A stretch of 56,130 nt of DNA from Clostridia bacterium. GTDB taxonomy: Bacteria > Bacillota > Clostridia > UMGS1883. The notes under the pieces were generated by a model. That model searched no databases. It was given only the letters and a program-made list of their open reading frames with translations, and was not told the DNA's origin. The stretch covers positions 1 to 56,130 of the forward strand of contig JAZOSB010000032.1 of the NCBI GenBank assembly GCA_045656865.1. Reading direction: 5' to 3'. Shown piece by piece: positions 30,087 through 40,180 of the stretch. The position numbers were made by a program, and so were the translations under genes. The first letter of the stretch is position 1, and the number at the start of each line of letters is the position of its first letter.

Positions 30087-32029
30087 TACTGCACCTCTTT
30101 TCTGAGTCGCTTTATGCGGTCGCGAATCTTTGCCGCATCTTCAAATCGAAGCTCCTCTGCGGCAATACGCATCTCGTTTTCAAGCTTGGAAAGAACTGCT
30201 GCCACATTCTGTGCGGGAGCCGGTTCTTCCTCTGCCGTTACTGCGGCAATCACATCACCCACTGCCTTTACAATGGTTTTTGGAGTGATGCCGTTTTCTT
30301 TATTATACGCCGTCTGTATTTCACGGCGACGGTTTGTTTCATCAATTGCCCTCTTCATTGAGTCGGTGACTCTGTCAGCATACATTATTACCTTACCCTC
30401 GGAGTTTCTCGCCGTTCTTCCGATTGTCTGAATGAGCGAGGTCTCACTTCTCAAAAAGCCCTCTTTATCCGCATCAAGGATTGCCACAAGGGAAACCTCG
30501 GGAATGTCAAGTCCCTCACGAAGCAGGTTGATACCCACAAGTACATCAAATACGCCAAGCCTTAAATCACGGACAATTTCAAGTCTTTCGAGAGTTTCAA
30601 CATCCGAGTGCATATACTTGACCTTGATTCCCATACTGCGAAGATAATCGGTAAGGTCCTCCGCCATTTTTTTGGTTAGGGTGGTTACAAGGACTCTCTC
30701 CTTTTTGTCTGTACGGGCATATATTTCCGTTAAGAGGTCGTCTATCTGCCCCTCTATGGGTCGGACAAAAATCTCTGGGTCAAGAAGCCCCGTGGGACGT
30801 ATTAACTGCTCCGCAACGCTCTGCGAATTGTCGTATTCGTACTGTGCAGGAGTCGCGCTTACATATATAACCTGATTGAGCCTTTTTTCAAATTCGTCGA
30901 AGCTTAATGGTCTGTTATCAAAGGCTGACGGCAGACGGAAACCGTATTTTACAAGGCTTTCCTTTCTGCTTCTGTCACCTGCGTACATTGCACGTACCTG
31001 CGGAACGGTCACGTGACTCTCGTCAATTACAAGCAAAAAGTCGTCGGGGAAATAATCAATCAGCGTATAAGGGGGACTTCCCGGCTCTCGTCCGCTGATG
31101 TGTCGCGAATAGTTTTCAATACCGCTGCAGAAACCGATTTCACGCATCATTTCTATATCATAATTCGTTCTTTCTTCAAGTCGCTGAGCCTCAAGAAGAC
31201 GGTCATTGTCACGAAGCTCTTTCAGGCGTATTTCAAGCTCTTCCCTGATGGAGGCAATTGCCTGTTCCCTCTTTTCGGGGGTTGTTACATAGTGGGATGC
31301 AGGGTATATTCCTATATGCTGTCTTACACCGAGCACCTCGCCCGTAAGGGTATCAATCTCCGTTATTCGGTCAATTTCGTCACCGAAAAATTCTATCCTT
31401 ACGGCATCCTCACCGCTGCTGATGGGAAAAACTTCAAGCACATCACCGCGGACACGGAATTTTCCGCGGACAAAGTTTATGTCATTTCTCTCATACTGCA
31501 TATCCACAAGCTTTTTTATAATCTCGTCACGGTCCTTTTGCATACCCGGGCGTAGAGATAGCACAAGGGTACTGTAATCCTCGGGGTCGCCAAGACCGTA
31601 AATACAGCTTACGGAAGCGACTACAATTACATCTCTCCGCTCAAAAAGTGCCATGGTTGCACTATGACGGAGCTTGTCAATTTCATCGTTTATCTGTGCA
31701 TCCTTTTCAATATAGGTATCGCTGGAGGGAATGTATGCCTCCGGCTGATAATAGTCGTAATAGCTAACGAAATACTCAACCGCATTCTCGGGAAAAAACT
31801 CCTTGAACTCACTGCATAGCTGTGCCGCAAGTGTCTTGTTATGTGCAAGGACAAGGGTGGGCTTGTTCACCCGTGCAATAGCGTTTGCCACGGTAAAGGT
31901 TTTACCGCTTCCCGTAACACCCAAAAGCACCTGACCGCGATTGCCCTTTTCAATGCTTTCCACAAGTGCCTCTATTGCCTGAGGCTGGTCGCCCGTAGGC
32001 TGAAAATCCGATACAAGCTTGAAATTCAT
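30086..32029 (-). CDS. uvrB: Excinuclease ABC subunit B
   Basis: [25 protein letters not shown]-terminal UVR domain FEDAAKIRD; ATG at 32029. Confidence 0.99.
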   Translation of the reverse strand: MNFKLVSDFQPTGDQPQAIEALVESIEKGNRGQVLLGVTGSGKTFTVANAIARVNKPTLVLAHNKTLAAQLCSEFKEFFPENAVEYFVSYYDYYQPEAYIPSSDTYIEKDAQINDEIDKLRHSATMALFERRDVIVVASVSCIYGLGDPEDYSTLVLSLRPGMQKDRDEIIKKLVDMQYERNDINFVRGKFRVRGDVLEVFPISSGEDAVRIEFFGDEIDRITEIDTLTGEVLGVRQHIGIYPASHYVTTPEKREQAIASIREELEIRLKELRDNDRLLEAQRLEERTNYDIEMMREIGFCSGIENYSRHISGREPGSPPYTLIDYFPDDFLLVIDESHVTVPQVRAMYAGDRSRKESLVKYGFRLPSAFDNRPLSFDEFEKRLNQVIYVSATPAQYEYDNSQSVAEQLIRPTGLLDPEIFVRPIEGQIDDLLTEIYARTDKKERVLVTTLTKKMAEDLTDYLRSMGIKVKYMHSDVETLERLEIVRDLRLGVFDVLVGINLLREGLDIPEVSLVAILDADKEGFLRSETSLIQTIGRTARNSEGKVIMYADRVTDSMKRAIDETNRRREIQTAYNKENGITPKTIVKAVGDVIAAVTAEEEPAPAQNVAAVLSKLENEMRIAAEELRFEDAAKIRDRIKRLRKEVQ

Positions 32030-32076
32030 AGGAATCCCCCCTTTAAATTGGTTCATTGTAAATAAGTCATTATATT

Positions 32077-32105
32077 ATTTTACACTATTTTAGAAAGTTT
32101 TTCAA
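32077..32105 (-). promoter_or_regulatory. SigA promoter of uvrBA
   Basis: TTGAAA-17nt-TAAAAT on the minus strand. Confidence 0.6.
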
Positions 32106-32189
32106 CTGTAAATAACAAGAAAAAAGATTGCTTTTTATTGCAAAATATTCTTCGGAGTCGCAGGGGACGATGTTCTTTTGGTTACAAAA

Positions 32190-32201
32190 GAACATATGTT
32201 T
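32190..32201. promoter_or_regulatory. Possible LexA (Cheo) box
   Basis: GAAC-ATAT-GTTT versus the Firmicutes consensus GAAC-N4-GTTC; ~160 nt upstream of uvrB. Confidence 0.45.
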
Positions 32202-32300
32202 CCTTTTTTATGCAACTTGCACAAAAATTTTTCAAAAAAGGTGTTTAATTCTTATAGTTTGCTTATTGTTTTTTGTGGAAATTTGTTGTATTATATGAAT

Positions 32301-32381
32301 GTACCGAAAAGGTGCATAAACTTTTTTCATTTTCCCTCCTTTTAGTGGCAGACGGTTTCTTTTGTCTGTCATATTTTTTTT
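32301..32381 (+). ncRNA. Candidate ~80-nt sRNA with an anti-SD CU-rich stretch
   Basis: TTGTTT(32266)-17nt-TATTAT(32289); 5' hairpin GTACC/GGTGC; TTTTCCCTCCTTTT; terminator GTGGCAGAC/GTCTGTCAT followed by a T-run. Confidence 0.55.
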
Positions 32382-32445
32382 GCCTTTTTTTGGAATAGCT
32401 TATAAATCCTGCTCATATATTCTTGGTGTGAGGAGGATTTTTATT

Positions 32446-33972
32446 ATGGAAATAAATATTAAAAACGAAACCCTGCCGGTATGCAGTTGTGTATATCGGG
32501 TAAAAAACAACTTTTCTGCAGAATGTGATGTAATTGTCCCTGACAGCAAGCCCGACATACTGAAGGTGCTTCAGCTGAGTGCACGGCCAAAAGTGACAAG
32601 CTGTGAAATAAGAAATTCCCACCTGATTGTAGCAGGAACAGTTACATTTGACATTTTGTATCTTGCAGACAACGAGGAAAAATGCGTAAAATCCATTACT
32701 TCCTCCTGCGAATTTTCAAACCTTGTCCGTGACGGAAGCATCACCGACGCAATGACGGCAATCTGTGATGTTGATGTATATGATTTGGGATGCGATATAG
32801 CAAACTGCAGGAAGCTTTCACTCAAGGCTACTCTGTGTCTTTCGGGGGCTGTTTACTCCTGCTGCAATCTTGACATCATCTCTGGAATTGAGGGTGCCTG
32901 CATCAAAAAGACTCCCCTCTATACAGATATGATTTGTGCAAACAGCAGAGATATTACAACGGTGACGGACAGCTTTTCCCTTGCACCTGACAAGGCATCT
33001 ATAATTGAAATTTTAAAAACAGACGGTGTGCTTACAGAGAGCAGTATCAAGGTAATTGATGACAAGGCAATTGTAAAGGGAACGGTCCGTGTAACCGTAC
33101 TCTACACAAGTGAGAACGGTATGGAATACAGCGGTACTGATGTAGCTTTTGCCCATATTTTGGAGGCAGACGGAATCCGTGAGGATATGAATTGTGAGCA
33201 TAGCGTTAAAATAACGGACATTTCAGCGGTTGCCTCGGCAAATGAGGAAGGGAAATTATGTACATTTGACATCTCCACACAGCTTGCAATGAGAGTAATT
33301 GCCCGTCAAAAGGCTTGTGTTGAATGTATTACTGATGCATATATTCCCCACGGTGCAATTGAGCTCAGGTATTCACCCGTTAGTGTGGATTGTGTAGAAA
33401 GAATTATAAAACGTGATGCCGACATAAAGGAAAGGGTTTCTCTTCCCCAGTCACTTCCTGCAATCGGGACAGTTTATCAGGTGATCGCACGGCCGTTTAT
33501 TGAAAGCTGTGTGCCTGAGGGAGATATTCTCAGGGTGTCGGGATATACGGAAATTTATATTCTCTACTTAAGCAGTGACAGCTCCGCCCCTGCCTGCAGT
33601 TATAAGACAAATGCAGAATTTTCTGTTGAGTGCGATTCTCCGGGATGTATGCTGACACCCGTTACCTCCTGCAAAATGAGGAATATCAGTTATGTTATTG
33701 CCGATGACAAAGCCGTTGAGCTTCGGGGTAATGTCGAGGTAGAGGTACAATGCGTAAAGACTACCGACACTGACATTGTGTACGAAATAACACCTGCAGA
33801 ATATACTCCTGTACAAAGACCGTCAATTATCGTGTCCTGCGTACATATGGGCAGAACACTGTGGGATATAGCCAAGGAATACGGCGTAAGTCCCGATGAT
33901 ATTTTAAAGGCAAATGCTCTTGAATCCGAGACTGACCTGCACAGCGGTGCGGCTTTAATCATCCCGAAATAA
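32446..33972 (+). CDS. SPOCS (DUF3794) + LysM spore coat morphogenetic protein (SipL-like)
   Basis: DVIVPDSKPDI, repeated SPOCS-like units, C-terminal LysM TLWDIAKEY..ILKAN..LIIPK; AGGAGG RBS; SigE-like CATATATT at 32414. Confidence 0.85.
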   Translation: MEINIKNETLPVCSCVYRVKNNFSAECDVIVPDSKPDILKVLQLSARPKVTSCEIRNSHLIVAGTVTFDILYLADNEEKCVKSITSSCEFSNLVRDGSITDAMTAICDVDVYDLGCDIANCRKLSLKATLCLSGAVYSCCNLDIISGIEGACIKKTPLYTDMICANSRDITTVTDSFSLAPDKASIIEILKTDGVLTESSIKVIDDKAIVKGTVRVTVLYTSENGMEYSGTDVAFAHILEADGIREDMNCEHSVKITDISAVASANEEGKLCTFDISTQLAMRVIARQKACVECITDAYIPHGAIELRYSPVSVDCVERIIKRDADIKERVSLPQSLPAIGTVYQVIARPFIESCVPEGDILRVSGYTEIYILYLSSDSSAPACSYKTNAEFSVECDSPGCMLTPVTSCKMRNISYVIADDKAVELRGNVEVEVQCVKTTDTDIVYEITPAEYTPVQRPSIIVSCVHMGRTLWDIAKEYGVSPDDILKANALESETDLHSGAALIIPK

Positions 33973-33975
33973 AGC

Positions 33976-33995
33976 GGGAGGGGATATCCCCTCCC
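33976..33995. terminator. Perfect 20-bp GC palindrome between convergent genes
   Basis: GGGAGGGGATATCCCCTCCC. Confidence 0.55.
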
Positions 33996-34010
33996 TATAA
34001 ACTGACTTTT

Positions 34011-34781
34011 TCAGATGTTTTTCCGCATACTTGATATTGCACTTTTTTCAAGACGGGACACCTGTGCCTGACTGATTCCAACTTCGTTGGCTACCTCAGT
34101 CTGGGTTTTTCCGCGGAAAAACCGCATAATTATAATCATTTTCTCCCTGTCGGTAAGCTTGTTCATAGCTTCACGGAGGGAGATTTTTTCTATCCACGTT
34201 TCGTCAAGGTTTTTCTTGTCGGAAACCTGGTCCATTACATAGACAGCATCTCCCCCGTCGTGGTAAACCGGTTCAAAAAGCGATATCGGCTCCTGAATAG
34301 CATCAAGGGCAGTTGCAACCTCCTCGGGAGTGACATCAATCATTTTTGCAATTTCACCAACGGACGGCTCACGGTTGTTTTCATTCATTATTTTTTCACG
34401 GATACACAGTGCCTTGTAGGCAATATCACGGAGAGAACGTGACACCCTTACCGCATTGTTGTCGCGGAGGTAACGCCGTATTTCACCAATAATCATCGGC
34501 ACGGCATAGGTGGAAAACTGAACATCCAGCTCCGTATTAAAGTTATCTATTGATTTTATAAGTCCTATACAACCCACCTGAAAAAGGTCATCCACATTTT
34601 CCCCTCGGTTATTGAAGCGTCCTATAACACTTAATACAAGACGAAGATTACCACGAATAAAGGTTTCACGGGCGATTGAATCACCCTTTTTTATTTTTTC
34701 AAAAAGCTCCCTTTTTTCCTGTGCTGTAAGGGTAGGGAGCTTAGATGTATTAACACCGCAGATTTCAACCTTGTTTATCAT
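34011..34781 (-). CDS. sigG: Forespore RNA polymerase sigma factor SigG
   Basis: NKVEICGVNTSKLP, DDLFQVGCIGL, SRSLRDIAYKAL, GISQAQVSRLEK. Confidence 0.96.
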   Translation of the reverse strand: MINKVEICGVNTSKLPTLTAQEKRELFEKIKKGDSIARETFIRGNLRLVLSVIGRFNNRGENVDDLFQVGCIGLIKSIDNFNTELDVQFSTYAVPMIIGEIRRYLRDNNAVRVSRSLRDIAYKALCIREKIMNENNREPSVGEIAKMIDVTPEEVATALDAIQEPISLFEPVYHDGGDAVYVMDQVSDKKNLDETWIEKISLREAMNKLTDREKMIIIMRFFRGKTQTEVANEVGISQAQVSRLEKSAISSMRKNI

Positions 34782-34817
34782 AAAAAAGCCTCCGCAAGAA
34801 AAAATTACTACAAATAA

Positions 34818-34846
34818 ATCTTTCCCACAAAGGCTTTTTTATATGC
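34818..34846 (-). promoter_or_regulatory. SigF/SigG-type promoter of sigG
   Basis: GCATA-15nt-GGGAAAGAT on the minus strand. Confidence 0.6.
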
Positions 34847-34894
34847 ACTAAAGTCACGGAAGAATTAAACCTTATTGTTGTGGCATTCGTTTTA

Positions 34895-34923
34895 TTGACA
34901 GGGTTTCAAAATTATGGTATTAT
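34895..34923 (+). promoter_or_regulatory. SigA promoter of fumC
   Basis: TTGACA-17nt-TATTAT with an extended TG. Confidence 0.75.
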
Positions 34924-34949
34924 TTTCTTAGCGAAAGGATGTTTTAGTT

Positions 34950-36326
34950 ATGGATTACAGAACGGAACACGACTCCATGGGAGAGGTCAAGGTCCCTGCT
35001 GACTGCCTGTGGGGTGCACAGACACAGAGAAGCTGTGACAATTTTAAAATAGGTGTGGGTATCGAAACAATGCCTGCAGAAATCATATACGCTTTTGGTG
35101 TGCTGAAAATGGCAGCCGCAATAGTTAATAATTCTCTCAAAAAGGAGAAGATGACAGAGGAAAAGCTCTCTGCCATAAAAAAAGCCTGCGAGGAAATTAT
35201 GGCAGGTCGACACAATTCTCAATTTCCCCTTGTTGTATGGCAGACCGGCAGCGGTACACAGTCCAATATGAATGCCAACGAGGTCATCGCAAACAGAGGA
35301 AATGAGATTCTGGGGAAGAAGCTTCTTCACCCCAATGATGATGTAAATATGAGTCAGTCCTCCAATGATACATTTCCCACAGCAATGCACATTGCCGCTG
35401 TGCTGACTGTGGAGGACAAGCTGATTCCTGCTGTTGAGGAGCTAATTTCTACATTCAAAAAGCTTGAAATAGAGAATCAGGGTATTGTAAAAAGCGGCAG
35501 AACGCATTTGCAGGATGCAACGCCCATAACCTTTAGCCAGGAGATAAGCGGTTGGCGTTCAAGCCTCGAAAAGGATGTAAAGCTCTTAAAGCTTAGTGTA
35601 GAGCCTCTATATGAGCTTGCGCTTGGCGGTACTGCAGTAGGTACGGGACTTAACACCCCGGTGGGTTTTGACAGTGCTGTTGCAGAGGAAATTGCAAAAA
35701 TCACAAAAAAGCCGTTTATCACTGCAGAAAACAAATTCCACGCCCTCACCTCCAAGGACGAGCTTGTCTTTGCCCACGGAGCAATTAAGGCACTTGCAAC
35801 TGATATGATGAAGATTGCAAACGATATCCGCTGGCTTGCCTCCGGTCCCCGCGACGGTCTTGGTGAGATATTTATTCCCGAAAATGAGCCCGGCTCTTCC
35901 ATAATGCCCGGCAAGGTAAATCCCACCCAATGCGAGGCGGTTACAATGGTTGCAGTGCAGGTAATGGGAAATGATGTGGCTGTTGGTATGGCAGCATCTC
36001 AGGGTAATTTTGAGCTGAATGTATTTATGCCTGTTTGCATTTATAATTTTCTTCAATCAGCAAGGCTTATGGCTGAAGCTATTGTTTCATTCAATAAAAA
36101 TTGTGTGGCGGGAATCCGTGCAAACAGAGAAAAAATGCACCACAATCTGCACAATTCCCTTATGCTGGTTACAGCATTAAATCCATATATCGGTTACGAA
36201 AATGCTGCAAAAACAGCAAAAAAGGCTTACGAGGAAAATATTTCTCTCAGGGAAGCTTGTGTAAACTTAGGTTTTCTTACAGAAGAAAAATTTGACGAGG
36301 TATTTAAACCTGAAGAAATGGTGTAA
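34950..36326 (+). CDS. fumC: Class II fumarate hydratase
   Basis: [43 protein letters not shown]. Confidence 0.97.
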   Translation: MDYRTEHDSMGEVKVPADCLWGAQTQRSCDNFKIGVGIETMPAEIIYAFGVLKMAAAIVNNSLKKEKMTEEKLSAIKKACEEIMAGRHNSQFPLVVWQTGSGTQSNMNANEVIANRGNEILGKKLLHPNDDVNMSQSSNDTFPTAMHIAAVLTVEDKLIPAVEELISTFKKLEIENQGIVKSGRTHLQDATPITFSQEISGWRSSLEKDVKLLKLSVEPLYELALGGTAVGTGLNTPVGFDSAVAEEIAKITKKPFITAENKFHALTSKDELVFAHGAIKALATDMMKIANDIRWLASGPRDGLGEIFIPENEPGSSIMPGKVNPTQCEAVTMVAVQVMGNDVAVGMAASQGNFELNVFMPVCIYNFLQSARLMAEAIVSFNKNCVAGIRANREKMHHNLHNSLMLVTALNPYIGYENAAKTAKKAYEENISLREACVNLGFLTEEKFDEVFKPEEMV

Positions 36327-36423
36327 AACTCCCCAACATTTGTGACTTTTTTGTGTCTTTTTTAAGGAGTTTGTTTACAGCTTATGATTTTTTTGTTATG
36401 ATATACTCCAGGGAGTGATTTTA

Positions 36424-37095
36424 ATGGCTGAAAAATACGGCACAGTACCAAAAAAATTCACCAGAGAATGGTGGAACTGGTACTGGATGTACTATAAAGG
36501 AATTACCCTCGGGGTAATTTTTGTATTAATCCTTGTAGGCTTTACCACATACAGTTCTATCACGGCAGAAAAATTTGATGCAACTGTGACCTATGCAGGA
36601 AAGCTTTATTATAACGATGTCTTCAGAGAAAAAATGGAGGAAGTTCTTTCCCCTCTTTGCGAAGACCTTGACGGCAACGGGAAAAAAAATCTGTACTTCT
36701 CACACCTTGATATTAATCCCGAATCCCAGGATGTAGAGTACCTTCAGGCAAATTCCCTCAAGCTCAGTATAGCAATCGGGGAAGAGGCATCTTATATTTT
36801 CTTCCTTGACAGAACAGTTGCCGATTTCTATAAGGGCGAAAATTCAGATGATATTGCCTATGCCCCTCTTGAAGATTGGGTAGACGGAGATATTTCCGGT
36901 TTTGAAACCTATGATGCACACGGCAAGGCATACGGAATCGATATTTCAAACCTCAAATTCTTTAAAGATGCAGGGCTTGACACCTCTGGACTTTATATGT
37001 TTGTCCGCTACTACCCGAGGAAGGACCAGATAAAAGAGCACCTTAAAGGATATGAAGCATCAATAAGGCTGGCAAATAAAATACTGAATTACTAA
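36424..37095 (+). CDS. Conserved single-TM membrane protein
   Basis: WWNWYWMYYK followed by a hydrophobic helix and an extracytoplasmic domain with DLDGNG. Confidence 0.7.
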   Translation: MAEKYGTVPKKFTREWWNWYWMYYKGITLGVIFVLILVGFTTYSSITAEKFDATVTYAGKLYYNDVFREKMEEVLSPLCEDLDGNGKKNLYFSHLDINPESQDVEYLQANSLKLSIAIGEEASYIFFLDRTVADFYKGENSDDIAYAPLEDWVDGDISGFETYDAHGKAYGIDISNLKFFKDAGLDTSGLYMFVRYYPRKDQIKEHLKGYEASIRLANKILNY

Positions 37096-37139
37096 AAAGG
37101 CAGGTGTGAAAAATCGAGTTTTTTACACCTACCTTTTTT
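37095..37139 (+). terminator. Intrinsic terminator
   Basis: AAAAAGGCAGGTGTGAAAAA..TTTTTACACCTACCTTTTTT. Confidence 0.7.
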
Positions 37140-37162
37140 ATAAGCAAATTTTATAAAATGTA

Positions 37163-37191
37163 TTGTAAAATCCCCGAATCGGTGTTATAAT
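37163..37191 (+). promoter_or_regulatory. SigA promoter driving the structured RNA
   Basis: TTGTAA-17nt-TATAAT with an extended TG; predicted TSS ~37197. Confidence 0.75.
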
Positions 37192-37196
37192 AAATA

Positions 37197-37387
37197 TGCT
37201 AAACCAATTTAATATAAGGGTGAACAGGGGTATTTTTATACTCTTTTTTGGTTATACCAATCCCATGAATTTGATAAAAACGCAAATTCTCTTGGATTGG
37301 TATAGTAATATTCCGTTCAATTAAATTGGTTTAGCAACTGACGGGGTTTGCGTTTTTTATGCGTCTGCTTCGGTGGACGCATTTTTT
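37197..37387 (+). ncRNA. Candidate ~190-nt structured RNA or attenuated leader
   Basis: Perfect 17-bp closing stem 37197-37213/37320-37336, nested stems, and a UUCG terminator at 37359-37387. Confidence 0.65.
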
Positions 37388-37422
37388 AATTTTAACAAAA
37401 TTAAATATTGGAGGAAAACATT

Positions 37423-37905
37423 ATGCTTACACTTTATCAGGATACGAAAATGGGTATTGAAGGAGTCAGCTTTACAATTCCAAAAAGTTTTTATATCGTT
37501 GTGGATGAGGATTTCTGCCCTATTAAAAACAACGGACTTGTATTTACCACGCAGGAAAAAAACTGCTGTATTGAGGTTTATACAGAGGAATGCGATGCCC
37601 CTATCACTCTCTATCAGGATTTTATATCCATCCTGGAAGAGGAGAATATGTATACTATTCACGGCGAGATTGAAGAAAGAAAAGAAAACACTTTTTATTC
37701 TGTACGAGCCGAATATGAAAGCAAGCATCACTCATATTTTGAAATGCATATGGTTCGGATTAAAGGCTATAACAAAAGCGTAAAAATGCTGATAACCGTT
37801 GAAAAAAAGGAAACCGACATATGTGACATATTGGGACGTGAAGATGTTACACAGTTTATTAACAGCTTTAAGGCAATTAAAAAAGCAGAAAAAGCGGTCG
37901 ATTGA
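37423..37905 (+). CDS. Hypothetical acidic protein (possible PsbP/Mog1p/DcrB-like fold)
   Basis: GGAGG RBS with ATG at 37423; GVSFTIPKSF near the N-terminus and FINSFK at the C-terminus; no signal peptide. Confidence 0.6.
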   Translation: MLTLYQDTKMGIEGVSFTIPKSFYIVVDEDFCPIKNNGLVFTTQEKNCCIEVYTEECDAPITLYQDFISILEEENMYTIHGEIEERKENTFYSVRAEYESKHHSYFEMHMVRIKGYNKSVKMLITVEKKETDICDILGREDVTQFINSFKAIKKAEKAVD

Positions 37906-37917
37906 CCGCTTTTTTTA
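37888..37917. terminator. Bidirectional terminator
   Basis: AAAAAGCGGTC-GATT-GACCGCTTTTTTT. Confidence 0.8.
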
Positions 37918-37924
37918 CATCGCC

Positions 37925-38776
37925 TTATTCTTTTTCAACATTCTCTTTTTCTAATGCGGGCTCTTCAATATATTTCTTTACCACATTGTTTGTTATGAAA
38001 GTCTGTGTAAAATTCACCAGTGTGAAGTAGAAGCACAGCAAAACTATAAAAGCAACTACAGGCACAGAGGTGTACAAATACGCCATTCCATACAGCATTG
38101 CACCAATGATAACAGCTGAAAAGATATTCCATTTAAGACCTACAATAGTAAGGATGAATGCATTTTTATAGACATGCTTTATCTTAAGCTGAAATCCTGA
38201 CAGCAAAACATAAACATATTTCTGCATAATACAGAAAATCACACCTATTATAAGAATCAGCGTACTAAGCGCAACGGATATTGTACCGGACATAAAGTAA
38301 CTGTAAAATAAATACCCGAAGGCAATCATAAAGAATACCACTACGTTTATAACATAAACTGCTATTCCCTGCTTGAAATTCTGCTTAAAGCTACTTACAA
38401 AATCAGACCATATCCAGGCGTGCGTATCTTTTACATACTTTCTCACAACCGCGGTGTGTCCGACGGAAGCAGGACCACTTCCTGTTGCCTGCAGAATTAC
38501 AAAAGTAAAAAGGATAGCCAACAAGGGAATCATCCTTATGTAGGCTTCATCTTCTACAAATCCTGTAACAGAAAGAATTATTTCTACAAAATAATTTGCT
38601 ATGAAAAACGATATAATGATTGCCGGAATGGAAGCAATAATATAAAGCAGATTGATGGAAATAAATTTCCAGAATCTTCTCAGGAAAATGTCAAAATAAA
38701 GCGAGATTCCCGACTTCTGAACATCCTCCTTGCTCACACCCTTTCCGGGTTTTGTGTAACTGTTAAAAAGACCCAT
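37925..38776 (-). CDS. DUF624/YesL-family membrane protein
   Basis: KPGKGV, GPAS, DFVSSFKQNFKQG, KNAFIL; multiple TMs. Confidence 0.82.
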   Translation of the reverse strand: MGLFNSYTKPGKGVSKEDVQKSGISLYFDIFLRRFWKFISINLLYIIASIPAIIISFFIANYFVEIILSVTGFVEDEAYIRMIPLLAILFTFVILQATGSGPASVGHTAVVRKYVKDTHAWIWSDFVSSFKQNFKQGIAVYVINVVVFFMIAFGYLFYSYFMSGTISVALSTLILIIGVIFCIMQKYVYVLLSGFQLKIKHVYKNAFILTIVGLKWNIFSAVIIGAMLYGMAYLYTSVPVVAFIVLLCFYFTLVNFTQTFITNNVVKKYIEEPALEKENVEKE

Positions 38777-38815
38777 TTTGTTTCTCCTTTGTAATGCTTT
38801 CTAACCGAATGTATC

Positions 38816-40150
38816 TTAAAGTCTTGCCTGGAGCTCAGCCTGCTGTGCTTCGTAGCCGGGTTTACCAAGAAGAGCAAACATATTCTTCTTGTAATCTTCA
38901 ACACCGGGCTGGTCAAAGGGATTTACACCGAGAACATAACCGCTGATACCGCAAGCCTTTTCAAAGAAATAGATAAGGTTACCAAGACAGTATTCGTCCA
39001 TATTTTCCACGCGGAGAATGAGGTTGGGAACATCGCCGTCTGTATGAGCGAGAAGTGTTCCGTTAAACGCCTGCTCGTTAACATAGCTTACATTCTTTCC
39101 TGCAAGGAAATTAAGTCCGTCTACGTTGTCACTATCTTCCTTTATAACAATATCTTTCTTTGCATTGTCAAAGAAAATAACTGTTTCAAACATCATACGA
39201 AGTCCCTGCTGAATGTACTGTCCCATAGAGTGAAGGTCTGCAGAAAAATCAACTGCCGCAGGGAAAATACCCTTGTTTTCTTTACCTTCGCTTTCACCGA
39301 AAAGCTGTTTCCACCATTCTGCAAAATAGTGTACCTGAGGCTCGTAGTTTACCATAATTTCAATATTCTTGCCCTTGCGGTAAAGTGCATTTCTTGCAGC
39401 AACATACTTGTAGCAGTCGTTCTCCTCAAGGTTGGGGTTAGAGTACTCCTTCATTGCATCCTGAGCACCCTGCATAAGAGCGTCAATGTCTGCACCGCTT
39501 GCTGCAATGGGAAGAAGACCTACTGCTGTAAGAACACTGTAACGGCCGCCTACATTGTCCGGAACTACGAAGGTTTCATAGCCTTCCTCGTCAGCAAGGT
39601 TCTTAAGAGCACCTCTCGCCTTGTCTGTTGTTGCAAAAATTCTTTCCTTTGCACCGTCTTTTCCGTACTTCTCAATAAGAAGTTCGCGGAACACACGGAA
39701 AGCAATCGCAGGCTCGGTTGTAGTACCGCTCTTGGAAATAATATTTACGGAGAAGTCAATATCCTTAACCTTTTCAATAAGGTCAGCAAGGTAGGATGAG
39801 CTGATGGAGTTACCTGCAAAATAAATCTGCACCCCGTTTTCGTTGTGATTTGCAAAGCTCGAGTGAAGCATTTCAACAGCCATTCTTGCGCCGAGGTAGC
39901 TTCCGCCGATACCGATAACTATAAGAGCCTTGGAATTATTCTTGATTTTCTCGGCTGCCTTCTTGATTCTTGCAAACTCTTCCTTGTCATAAGTTTCGGG
40001 GAGATTTACCCATCCGAGGAAATCACTTCCTCTGCCTGTTCCGTTATGGAGCGTGTTATGTGCTGCCTGAATTGCACCGTCAAGTGCAGCAATTTCATCC
40101 TTTGATATAAATTTTCCTGCTTTTGTGTAATCGAATCTGATTTTTGTCAT
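38816..40150 (-). CDS. pgi: Glucose-6-phosphate isomerase
   Basis: [43 protein letters not shown]. Confidence 0.98.
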   Translation of the reverse strand: MTKIRFDYTKAGKFISKDEIAALDGAIQAAHNTLHNGTGRGSDFLGWVNLPETYDKEEFARIKKAAEKIKNNSKALIVIGIGGSYLGARMAVEMLHSSFANHNENGVQIYFAGNSISSSYLADLIEKVKDIDFSVNIISKSGTTTEPAIAFRVFRELLIEKYGKDGAKERIFATTDKARGALKNLADEEGYETFVVPDNVGGRYSVLTAVGLLPIAASGADIDALMQGAQDAMKEYSNPNLEENDCYKYVAARNALYRKGKNIEIMVNYEPQVHYFAEWWKQLFGESEGKENKGIFPAAVDFSADLHSMGQYIQQGLRMMFETVIFFDNAKKDIVIKEDSDNVDGLNFLAGKNVSYVNEQAFNGTLLAHTDGDVPNLILRVENMDEYCLGNLIYFFEKACGISGYVLGVNPFDQPGVEDYKKNMFALLGKPGYEAQQAELQARL

Positions 40151-40180
40151 ATCAATATTCTCCTTAAACTTTAAATTTAG

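Noticed and set aside
37197-37336. Retron msr-msd (terminal inverted repeats around a long hairpin)
   Set aside because: No reverse transcriptase nearby and the adjacent ORF has no YADD-type motif; kept only as an unexplained structured RNA.
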